A DNA stretch of 32,000 nt from Candidatus Thorarchaeota archaeon (GTDB lineage Archaea; Asgardarchaeota; Heimdallarchaeia; Hodarchaeales; Hodarchaeaceae). A program made the position numbers and the translations under genes. Each line of letters begins with the position of its first letter. The stretch's first letter is position 1. The notes under the pieces were generated by a model, which did no database searches, was not told where the DNA came from, and saw only the letters and a program-made list of their open reading frames with translations. The DNA lies in contig JBHLRO010000018.1 in the NCBI GenBank assembly GCA_048882505.1, positions 49,885-81,884 of the forward strand, written 5' to 3'. Below are positions 18,206 to 26,527 of this stretch, piece after piece.

Positions 18206-18253
18206 GGGGTTAATAGGCATCCATCGCTTTTTAGGAATTTAAATGTTACATTA

Positions 18254-18370
18254 TGCGGGGGGAGGGATTTTCAGCATCGAAATCTACTGGTTTCGAGCAT
18301 TTGAACCCTCGAACGCCTATGCGACTAGGCCCTCAACCTAGCTCCTTTGACCTGGCTGGGAAACCCCCGC
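18254..18370 (-). tRNA. tRNA-Leu(GAG), non-canonical 32-nt intron at 59/60 (18268-18299), no encoded CCA
   Basis: Acceptor GCGGGGG/CCCCCGC, anticodon stem CTAGG/CCTAG with TT-GAG-GG. T-loop TTCAAA^T is interrupted. BHB central helix TTCA/TGAA. Confidence 0.93.
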
Positions 18371-18814
18371 TAATGCGATGCCTCGGGGTTGCTATCGTTG
18401 TCCTTTCTTGAGTTTTTTCTCCTTTCTATGTTAGTTCTTGGACTTTAGGGGAAAAAGAAAAAGTTTTCCCTTTCACAGCTCCCGACTGGCTGTTTGGACT
18501 AAAAGGTTCTTTAATGTGTTCTCTGCGGCTCCATCGCCTACGATGTCTGCAACTGATGATACTCGATTGGGGGAGCTCATTTGAATGATGTTGGTTTCTT
18601 GAGATTAGTTCAATAGCATATTCCTTAAATGGGATTAGTAACTGGTAAGAATAAAGCCATCCTGAGTAAAAGATTTGGAATTGCATGTTAAGTATGGCTT
18701 GTTTCGGGAGTAATTTCCTCCACAGTTGTAACGACAACAATCATTAAACAGCCAGGTGGAATCCCGTGAACTTGCAAGAGTGCTAGAAGAGAGTCAAGGA
18801 GTGCCAATATGTAA

Positions 18815-19558
18815 CTAGCGTCTCACACGACCCTTCCGTGGCCCTGTCCGACGTGCCGCGATCAAACCTACTTTTCTACCAGGAGGCGCATGACGTGAAA
18901 CAGTAGTGGGTTGGCCAGGACCTTGATGTGCACCACCACCATGGGGATGGGAGACGATATTCATAGCCACGCCTCGAACTTTGGGAAAAGCTTTGTGCCC
19001 TTTGGCGCGCATAAAGGCACGTTTGGCTCCCGCTTTAAGGAATGGACGATCTGGGCGTCCTCCACCTGCAATCATCCCGATCATCGCTCTTGCATTATTA
19101 TGAACCGTCCGAGTGCGGCGAGAGGGAAGCTGGAGAGTGGTTCCACCAGGGGATTGTCCTCGGATCAGTCCATGAGTGCCTGACGATCGACAAAGCATGC
19201 CCCCATCCCCAGGTCGCATTTCGACATTACAAATCCAGGTTCCTTCAGGTATATTGTGAACAGGAAGAATGTTACCGATTTCAAGGAGTGCCTTACTTCC
19301 TTGAGCACATATTTGCCCTACATGAACACCTTCCGGCGCAGGAAGAAAACATTCACTACCATCTTCGTATTGGACAAGCATAAGAGGTGTACCACGTCCA
19401 GGTTCGTGGATAAAATTAATTATGGTGAAATTAATTTGATCCTCTGCTTCTTTTTCGTTCACGGGAAGATACCTAGCTCTTCCACGTTTTCGATGAGAGA
19501 GAGATCGGAAAACCGGCGAGCCACGCCCACGACGCTGAACCAAGATTTTTTTTCCCAT
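18815..19558 (-). CDS. rpl2: 50S ribosomal protein uL2
   Basis: MGKKILVQRRGRG, HEPGRGTP, RGVAMN..HPHGGG and PPGRKVGLIAARRTG. Confidence 0.98.
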   Translation of the reverse strand: MGKKILVQRRGRGSPVFRSLSHRKRGRARYLPVNEKEAEDQINFTIINFIHEPGRGTPLMLVQYEDGSECFLPAPEGVHVGQICAQGSKALLEIGNILPVHNIPEGTWICNVEMRPGDGGMLCRSSGTHGLIRGQSPGGTTLQLPSRRTRTVHNNARAMIGMIAGGGRPDRPFLKAGAKRAFMRAKGHKAFPKVRGVAMNIVSHPHGGGAHQGPGQPTTVSRHAPPGRKVGLIAARRTGPRKGRVRR

Positions 19559-19647
19559 TCAGTCCACATTCCATTCGAAGTTTAATTTAAGAGGGGTAAC
19601 CATATTCATTTTGATCTTATCCCTATTAATCCTAAGAAGATTAAAAC

Positions 19648-19944
19648 TCAGATAATCCCCACCTCTGTTGCCAGATCTAGGGCGCTAAATTCAGATGTGA
19701 GTTTAATGAATGCCTTTTTCTTTCCTTGGGGTGTTATCAAGGTGTTAACCTTGGCAACTCTTACCTCATAGAGTTTTTCAAAGGCTTGCTTAATTTCATG
19801 CTTGGTTGCACGACGATCTACTATGAAAACCAGGGCATTTTCATTGACATCATCCATTTTGTTAAACGCCGCCTCTGTTATTAACGGATATTTCACAATA
19901 TCATGTGGATCTCTGTATTTCAAGCTTTCACGTTCCCGTTTCAT
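19648..19944 (-). CDS. rpl23: 50S ribosomal protein uL23
   Basis: YPLITE, N.LVFIVD..ATK.EIK.A.E.LY.V.V.KVNTLI and GKKKAFIKL. Confidence 0.97.
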   Translation of the reverse strand: MKRERESLKYRDPHDIVKYPLITEAAFNKMDDVNENALVFIVDRRATKHEIKQAFEKLYEVRVAKVNTLITPQGKKKAFIKLTSEFSALDLATEVGII

Positions 19945-19975
19945 GAGTCAGTACATGTTTTAACGTTTAGGATCC

Positions 19976-20770
19976 CTAGGACGCCTCTCGGGACTTTAGA
20001 CTTTCGATGGCCGAAACTGTCCAGAGAGTTAGCCGGCCTGGATGAGTACCTGGAGCTAGGTGCTCTACGTTCAATTGCTCAACTTGGACGATATCCACCC
20101 CCGGAAGATTTCTACCCGCTAAACGAATACCTTGATCATTACCAATTACAACCAATACTGATTTTCCACGCTTATATCTTCTACCACGGCGTTTTCCTCT
20201 TCCCGCTCGGATCTGTGAACTTCGTCGTTTTGCTTTCGCAATATCGAAAGAAAGGCCAAGATTAGAGAAAGCTTGTTGAACTTCTCGGGTTGTTGTAATC
20301 GTTTCTAGGTCATTGGACACTACAAGGGGAAGAGATTTTATTTCCTCAATAATATGGCCACGTGATTCTACAAGCATGACATTTCCAGTTGCTGCTATAG
20401 CGGAATCCCTGGCTAGTTGACGTTCCTTTTTATTAACTTTTTCACTCAACTTTTTATTTCCATTGGGTGGATGCGTTCGTCTTCCACCTACCGTAAAGGG
20501 TGCAAAGGCACCTCTGCTTGCTGAAGAGGTACGTGAACCTTTTACTCTTGGGACTCTTGCAGCTCCGCGCCCTGGGCCCCAGCTTTCAGCAGTAGTACGT
20601 TTGCCTGCCCGAGAATCAACACCATGAGGTATTTGTCGATTACGTCTACTGGCTAGGACGACTCGTTTAATGATGTCAGGTCGAAAAGGGGTAGTAAAAA
20701 CAGTTCCTAGCCCGATTTTATCGATCTCTTTGCCCTTCAGATCAAATACAGGAACTTTGGTCTTTTTCAT
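19976..20770 (-). CDS. rpl4: 50S ribosomal protein uL4
   Basis: RPDII, TTAESWG.GRG.ARVPR, GGRR.HPP, RAGRGKRRGRRYK and LAPGTHPGRLT. ATG at 20770 taken as the start. Confidence 0.98.
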   Translation of the reverse strand: MKKTKVPVFDLKGKEIDKIGLGTVFTTPFRPDIIKRVVLASRRNRQIPHGVDSRAGKRTTAESWGPGRGAARVPRVKGSRTSSASRGAFAPFTVGGRRTHPPNGNKKLSEKVNKKERQLARDSAIAATGNVMLVESRGHIIEEIKSLPLVVSNDLETITTTREVQQAFSNLGLSFDIAKAKRRSSQIRAGRGKRRGRRYKRGKSVLVVIGNDQGIRLAGRNLPGVDIVQVEQLNVEHLAPGTHPGRLTLWTVSAIESLKSREAS

Positions 20771-20791
20771 TTGGATCACACCTGAACGGAT

Positions 20792-21805
20792 CTAGTTTTT
20801 TGCACTGGTCGATATGTATGTAATCTGAAGGTCTTCGTCTTCAAAATCAGCAGGCTTAGGTCGGATGGGATCCCTAAACCGTATCAAACGCTTAGTAGAC
20901 CCTGGAATGCTTCCCCGTATGACGCAATGCTTTGCCACTTTACCATACCGCTTAAACCCACTAACTGGAGTCACTTCTTCGCCATCATCGCCGATTTTTA
21001 GAATTTGTTTATTGTATTCCGTTCTATTGAAATAGCCAAGCTGTCCCGCCCGTGGAACAGTCCACATTACTCGTGCAGGGTGCCATGGCCCAATACATGC
21101 GACCACGCGTCGTCCTTTTCGGGTTTTTCGAGGAAGAATCTTGATGCCGTGCCGTTTAACTGGACCTGCAAATCCCTTCCCTTTAGTTACAGAGTTAACA
21201 TCAATAAAATCCTTTGGGCGATAAACGTCCGCCATTTCGATTTGGGTATCCAAAATCTCTTTTGCATATTCAAAAGCGGAATCGATATCACCAGCCACCT
21301 TAATTTCTAGGATGTCAGGAGTTTTCTGGGCCAAGCCAGCCTCTCTTGGGAGTGTATGAGCTAACACTCTTACTTCACTTACGGAGCCCAATTCCTTTTT
21401 TACCAAAGCTATCCTTTGGCCTTTTTTAATTTGATCCTGAGGTACCTTAATTTTTCGCGCCAGATCCTTACTAAGTGTATCACCCCAAACCTGGGCTTCA
21501 CATCTTAGATGATTAGTAATCTCATCATAAGAATAAAGACGAACCGCAAAAACGTTTAAAGGAGGAGTCTCAACGACTGTCACAGGAACAAACTGCTCCT
21601 GTTTATAAAATGGGGATCGTTTGTTGGTATTTATCATCGCGATGTGAGTCATTCCAGCTTTGTAGCCTGCAAACCCTAATAAACGAGGGGTTTCGGTGGT
21701 TCCGACTTTTGGCCATGTCCTTATCCGCGATGTGTGCCTTTTTGCCCGTTTTCTTCGATAGCCCAGCGATCCACGGTGCGGAGCGTGTTTCTTACGATGA
21801 CCCAT
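20792..21805 (-). CDS. rpl3: 50S ribosomal protein uL3
   Basis: HAPHRGSLG, GFAGYKAGMTH, TKGKGF.GPVKR.G, GPWHP, RAGQLGY.NRTEYNK and GSIPG. Confidence 0.98.
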   Translation of the reverse strand: MGHRKKHAPHRGSLGYRRKRAKRHTSRIRTWPKVGTTETPRLLGFAGYKAGMTHIAMINTNKRSPFYKQEQFVPVTVVETPPLNVFAVRLYSYDEITNHLRCEAQVWGDTLSKDLARKIKVPQDQIKKGQRIALVKKELGSVSEVRVLAHTLPREAGLAQKTPDILEIKVAGDIDSAFEYAKEILDTQIEMADVYRPKDFIDVNSVTKGKGFAGPVKRHGIKILPRKTRKGRRVVACIGPWHPARVMWTVPRAGQLGYFNRTEYNKQILKIGDDGEEVTPVSGFKRYGKVAKHCVIRGSIPGSTKRLIRFRDPIRPKPADFEDEDLQITYISTSAKN

Positions 21806-22135
21806 AGATGATATCTCCTACTTCTTCTACTAGCACTATCGTTAGCAAAATCCTAGGGGTAACCTATCCAGATTATTCCCTAAACGACTATTACATGCTT
21901 TTTCATTTCGACTATTAGATGATTTTGTGGATTCAAGTAGGGCATGAGTCCCGAGGGAGTAGTAAAAAATGCCGTCCTTCCAGGTATACAAGATTGCTCT
22001 TCCTAGCTTAAACAAAAAACGGGCCGAATAAGCGCCGTGAGCATCGCAGCACATATAGAGAAAATTCGCTCAACCACATACATGGAAAAATCCACCCGAT
22101 CACCAAAAAAGCAATGCTAGTGGAATCTGTTTAAT

Positions 22136-22777
22136 ATGACCCCAAACTCAGAGGCGCCTGACGAAACCAAATTGGTGCCAGATCTCTATTATGACAAAAC
22201 AAACTTGCATATGACTGTTAATAATCCCGAAGCCCGATATCTTCATGAGAATGGATTTTTTGGTAATTGGATTTCCGAGAATACGCTCTCATTAGCTCCT
22301 GAAGAAATATTACTTCTTTTAGATCGAGGACGGATAGAAATATTTGATGCAACTTCAGGTCAACGGATTACATCATCAGAGCTTGTCACACATTTCTTAA
22401 ATGAAATGGTGGACTTTTGGCCACGATATCTGGTGTATAAAGATCTCCGTAGTCGAGGATATGTGGTGAGAATCGGAACACGAGTAACGGCACCTTTCCG
22501 TATATATTCTCGAGGCGGAAAACCAGGTGAATCAGTTAGTAATATTACAGTATTTCCTCTCGCAGAAGGGAATTACCTAGATCTGGATTTTTTAGATCAA
22601 ATTGTCTCTCAAGCAAGGATAGACCGAAAAAAGCTCTTACTATCGGTTATAGACAGATTGGGAGACGTAACATACTATACAGCTTCCCAACTTGAACTTG
22701 AGCGAAATGAAATGGAATATGAGTATAGGGATGAAGGAGTAGATATTACTCCTGACCTTCCAAAGAGACGAGAATAA
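22136..22777 (+). CDS. tRNA-splicing endonuclease (EndA-fold) subunit lacking the catalytic His; probable structural subunit
   Basis: L.L..EE.L.LL, YLVYKDLRSRGYVV, FRIY.RG.KPG, RKKL.L and D..GDVTYY. The expected 'PG..HS' reads 'PGESVS'. Confidence 0.85.
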   Translation: MTPNSEAPDETKLVPDLYYDKTNLHMTVNNPEARYLHENGFFGNWISENTLSLAPEEILLLLDRGRIEIFDATSGQRITSSELVTHFLNEMVDFWPRYLVYKDLRSRGYVVRIGTRVTAPFRIYSRGGKPGESVSNITVFPLAEGNYLDLDFLDQIVSQARIDRKKLLLSVIDRLGDVTYYTASQLELERNEMEYEYRDEGVDITPDLPKRRE

Positions 22778-24672
22778 TGACAGATATACATGAATTTAAT
22801 TCAGAGCCGGTCACTTATGTTCCTGATACGTCTGTTATTATTTCTGGCGAATTAAGAAAGTTTCTGATTGAGAAAAAAATCGAAGCTGGCTCAAAAATCA
22901 TTATTCATGCTTCATTGCTAGCGGAACTGGAATATCAGGCCAATAAGGGACGCAAAAGCGGGCTAGCTGGATTAAACGAAATCAGACGTTTGCGGCGGTT
23001 TTGCAATGAATATGACATTCTTTTTGAATATGCCGGTAGGAGACCTAATGCATCAGAAATCAAACTAGCTAGAGCTGGCGAAATCGATGCATTAATCCGT
23101 GATTTTGCTTGGAGAGCAACTGGCATACTAATAACATCAGATAAGATCCAGCACTTAAGTACCGAAGCGATAGGAGGAGAAAGTATTTATCTTCAACCTT
23201 CGAAATCAAACCTTGAGAAAACTCTGGGTATAGAACGTTACTTTGATAGTGAAACCTTGTCTGTTCACCTAAAACAGGGTGCCAAAACCTATGTTAAACG
23301 TGGAAAACCAGGTTATGTCACATTTGAGGCTTATTCGGACGAAATTTCCAGCAAAACGGATTTGAAGGAATACGCCGATGAGATCATCCAGAAAGCACAA
23401 TTATTCGAAGAAGCTTTTATTGAGATAGATCGACCTGGTTCCACAATTGTACAATACGCCAATATGCGGATTGTGATTTGTCGTCCCCCTTTTGCTGATG
23501 GTTGGGAAATCACAGCTGTGCGGCCCCTTGTCAATCTTACAATCGAAGATTATTCTCTCTCATCAAATCTGATGGATAGATTAATAAGACGGGCCGAAGG
23601 AATATTGATAGCAGGAAGCCCTGGGGAGGGAAAAACAACTTTTGCACGGGCTTTAGCTTTATTCTATGAAGGGCATTCTCAGGTTATCAAAACTATTGAA
23701 TCCCCTCGTGATCTCGATCTGAAAACAGAGATTACTCAATATTCAAAAAACTTTGGCAAACGTACTGAAATCCATGACATTCTCCTCCTGTCAAGACCAG
23801 ATTACACAATATTTGATGAGATACGAGATACCGAAGATTTTAAATTATATACAGACCTTCGATTAGCAGGAATCGGACTGGTTGGAGTAATCCATTCGAG
23901 TACCGCCATCGATGCTATCCAACGTTTTATCGGACGTTTAGAATTAGGTGTAATTCCCAGTGTTCTTGATACAATAATCTATATCAAAGCTGGAATGGTT
24001 TCACAGGTTCTTGAAGTCAAAATGACGGTGAAGGTTCCTTCTGGATTGACAGAAAGTGACTTAGCGCGTCCCGTTGTAGAAGTTCGTGACTTTGAGACAA
24101 GCGAACTAGTTTATGAGTTATACACCTTCGGTGAGCAAACAGTTGTAATTCCACTGGAAGATATTGCTAATAAAATTGAGAAAATTGATTTTTCCACTCT
24201 TCAGGAAATTACCGAAGCAATTGAGCAGCTCACTCAGTACCCCGTTACCCTCCATCCCAAAGGCCAGCACGGAAGGCGATTTAGGATTGAATGTGCGATT
24301 CAAGATATTCCCGCGGTGATTGGCCGTGGAGGAGAGACCATAAAGATGCTAGAAAAGACGTTCGGAGTCAAACTGGACATCGATAGAAGTAAATCGAATC
24401 CAAATCAGCCTAATTCTGACCATCCTTCGCTGTTACGCTCAAATATGTTAGGTCTTCATAAAAAAACTATCCAACTGCGGTTTCCAAAGAAGATGAAGAA
24501 TAAAGAGGTTCAATTCCTAGTTGAAAGGCCAAATGGAACCTTGAAACCATTCTATATGGCCGCAACTGGAAGATCAGGGAAAATTAAGCTCTCCTCAACA
24601 AGTGAGGAGGGTCAGCTTTTCAGGGAAAGCGTTGAATCCGATGGGCAACGAATCTTTTGGAAAGTGATTTGA
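22777..24672 (+). CDS. PINc/VapC-family ATPase (PINA): PIN, PilT-like ATPase and KH domains
   Basis: N-terminal 'YVPDTSVII' PIN, Walker A GSPGEGKTT, 'IFDEIRD' and KH 'VIGRGGETIK'. Confidence 0.93.
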   Translation: MTDIHEFNSEPVTYVPDTSVIISGELRKFLIEKKIEAGSKIIIHASLLAELEYQANKGRKSGLAGLNEIRRLRRFCNEYDILFEYAGRRPNASEIKLARAGEIDALIRDFAWRATGILITSDKIQHLSTEAIGGESIYLQPSKSNLEKTLGIERYFDSETLSVHLKQGAKTYVKRGKPGYVTFEAYSDEISSKTDLKEYADEIIQKAQLFEEAFIEIDRPGSTIVQYANMRIVICRPPFADGWEITAVRPLVNLTIEDYSLSSNLMDRLIRRAEGILIAGSPGEGKTTFARALALFYEGHSQVIKTIESPRDLDLKTEITQYSKNFGKRTEIHDILLLSRPDYTIFDEIRDTEDFKLYTDLRLAGIGLVGVIHSSTAIDAIQRFIGRLELGVIPSVLDTIIYIKAGMVSQVLEVKMTVKVPSGLTESDLARPVVEVRDFETSELVYELYTFGEQTVVIPLEDIANKIEKIDFSTLQEITEAIEQLTQYPVTLHPKGQHGRRFRIECAIQDIPAVIGRGGETIKMLEKTFGVKLDIDRSKSNPNQPNSDHPSLLRSNMLGLHKKTIQLRFPKKMKNKEVQFLVERPNGTLKPFYMAATGRSGKIKLSSTSEEGQLFRESVESDGQRIFWKVI

Positions 24673-24755
24673 TTGAAGGCGTTACTCTGACTTTACGGTA
24701 AACTCGAATCTGAAATCGCCAAGGAAAAAAAGGGGAAGGTAAAGATCTGTGGACT

Positions 24756-26441
24756 CTATTCTTCCTTAAAAATCTCACGTAATCGTCTTAATTCACTGAG
24801 CATTTCTCCACGTAATTCTGCAATGGAGGTGGAACGCGCATCAGCGATTAGGTCCAAGGGAGATTGATCCGTTACAGCAGGAGCTGGTGTACTGGGGGCT
24901 GGGGGGGGAGTTGGTATAGAAGGTGCCGGCATTGGTGTAGTTGGTGGAATGGAGGGAGCAGGTGTTGGAGGAGGCATCGTTGGAGTGGGTTGCGGAGCAG
25001 CTGGTCCAGGTTCCTCGCTTAACACAGTTTCAATAGCGGTTGCCCGTTCTCCAAGAGCACTATCAAAAACGGCCGCCCTACTAGTTGCTTTATCTCCCAA
25101 CTGCCTCCGAAGTCTTGATAGTCGGGATCGAACCGCTTCGTCTCTGGTTTGGATCTGTTTAACCAGGGCCTCATATACACGGGGGCGAAATTGATCCTTC
25201 CGTGCGGCCTCTTTGAAATTTGCAACCAGAGTTTTATTGGATTCATTTACCAATTCAAGATACGTCCTTATCTCGCTGGGTGTTGCCTTAACACCTGGAA
25301 GAGAATCCAACGCTGGGCCGATCGACGGAGTGGTACCTCCAAAACGTTCAGTTTCGAAAAATATAATTGAACCCAGAAAAATTATGGCAATTAAAGCCAT
25401 AACGGTTCCGTTTATGAAAAATACATCCCAGGTCATACCTTGGATAGTGTTGTCTAGAATTGACTGGCCTCCCAGAATAGCAGAGACCTCGGGGGAACTA
25501 GGTAATACCTGAATGGCTGCGATCACTACCTGAATAACTCCAAGTAGAAGGATGAACAAGAATACATAACGGAATTTTTGAATAAAATCTTGGGCTTGCG
25601 GTGAGCTACTGATTAGAAGCAGTCCTAGGAAAAGGAATACGGCTCCAAAACCGAGGAAAGTCCAATAACCAAAGCCAGTAACGGTTTCTAATGGTAAAAT
25701 CCCAAGACCTAGAAAATCATCCAAGAACCCTATACTAGGGATGATATAGAGGATTACTCCTATGAGCGCCATCAGAAACCATAGGAATCGTAGAGTGTGG
25801 ATTCTATCTCGAAATTCAGGGCTACCGCCAATAATCATAGGAAGAATCCCCAAAATCATTACCATAGTTCCATAGAGGTAGAAATTGAGCCACATTGATA
25901 CATCTAGGTCAATAGAATCTGTTAATCCAAGGCTCAGAAAATCATCGAGTTTGGTCACCAGGCTAACAATTACCAATAGAAAACCAATAAGAAAAACGAG
26001 TAGATAGACGAATTTCAGCCTCCAAATTCGCCAGCGGTCCTGGGTACTGAGCAAAAGCGTCGCAAATGCAAAAGTAATAAAAATGGCTCCAAAATAGTAA
26101 TATTCCTTCCAATCATGACGTGGATCCAAAGGAGTGAGAAAATTCGGAGTCAATAATGAATAAATCAATGTCAATAGTCCTACTGCAAAAAGAAGTAGTA
26201 AATGAACATAAATTTGCCTTACAGAATTTTTTCCACTGGCATCAAGAGACACGAGAGCAGGATAATATCCCAATGCCAAAAAAAAGCCGAATAATATTAA
26301 ATAACTGTAATCAAAGCCATAAAAAACACGAGGTGTCCCACCCATGCCGGTCCAGTATAATAGACCAAGCGCCATGAGAAATACACCCAGGCTGGCCAGA
26401 GTAACCAAAAGCTTTTGCGATCTTATAACAATCTGTCGCAT
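24756..26441 (-). CDS. Polytopic membrane protein built of repeated TM hairpins, with a helical cytoplasmic domain, Pro-rich linker and C-terminal amphipathic helix
   Basis: 561-aa ORF. About 360 hydrophobic residues with internal repeats, then a charged helical region, a PTP/PAP-rich stretch, and the end 'IAELRGEMLSELRRLREIFKEE'. Confidence 0.85.
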   Translation of the reverse strand: MRQIVIRSQKLLVTLASLGVFLMALGLLYWTGMGGTPRVFYGFDYSYLILFGFFLALGYYPALVSLDASGKNSVRQIYVHLLLLFAVGLLTLIYSLLTPNFLTPLDPRHDWKEYYYFGAIFITFAFATLLLSTQDRWRIWRLKFVYLLVFLIGFLLVIVSLVTKLDDFLSLGLTDSIDLDVSMWLNFYLYGTMVMILGILPMIIGGSPEFRDRIHTLRFLWFLMALIGVILYIIPSIGFLDDFLGLGILPLETVTGFGYWTFLGFGAVFLFLGLLLISSSPQAQDFIQKFRYVFLFILLLGVIQVVIAAIQVLPSSPEVSAILGGQSILDNTIQGMTWDVFFINGTVMALIAIIFLGSIIFFETERFGGTTPSIGPALDSLPGVKATPSEIRTYLELVNESNKTLVANFKEAARKDQFRPRVYEALVKQIQTRDEAVRSRLSRLRRQLGDKATSRAAVFDSALGERATAIETVLSEEPGPAAPQPTPTMPPPTPAPSIPPTTPMPAPSIPTPPPAPSTPAPAVTDQSPLDLIADARSTSIAELRGEMLSELRRLREIFKEE

Positions 26442-26527
26442 TACAATTCCTCACATAACATATGGCCGCATTTTATGAATATTTAAAAAACCTAAGGGGC
26501 ACGTCCTTAAATCAGGTTCTAGTTCAG

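Noticed and set aside
18553-18602. CTGATGA C-box-like motif downstream of rpl2 as a C/D sRNA
   Set aside because: D and D' boxes are degenerate (TTGA/CTCA) and the spacing is poor, so the support is insufficient.
2472-25512. Many antisense or alternate-frame ORFs (e.g. 2472-2864, 8803-9318, 14326-14634, 19042-19383, 19903-20265, 21005-21310, 25213-25512)
   Set aside because: They overlap well-supported conserved genes and show no recognisable motifs, so they are shadow ORFs.
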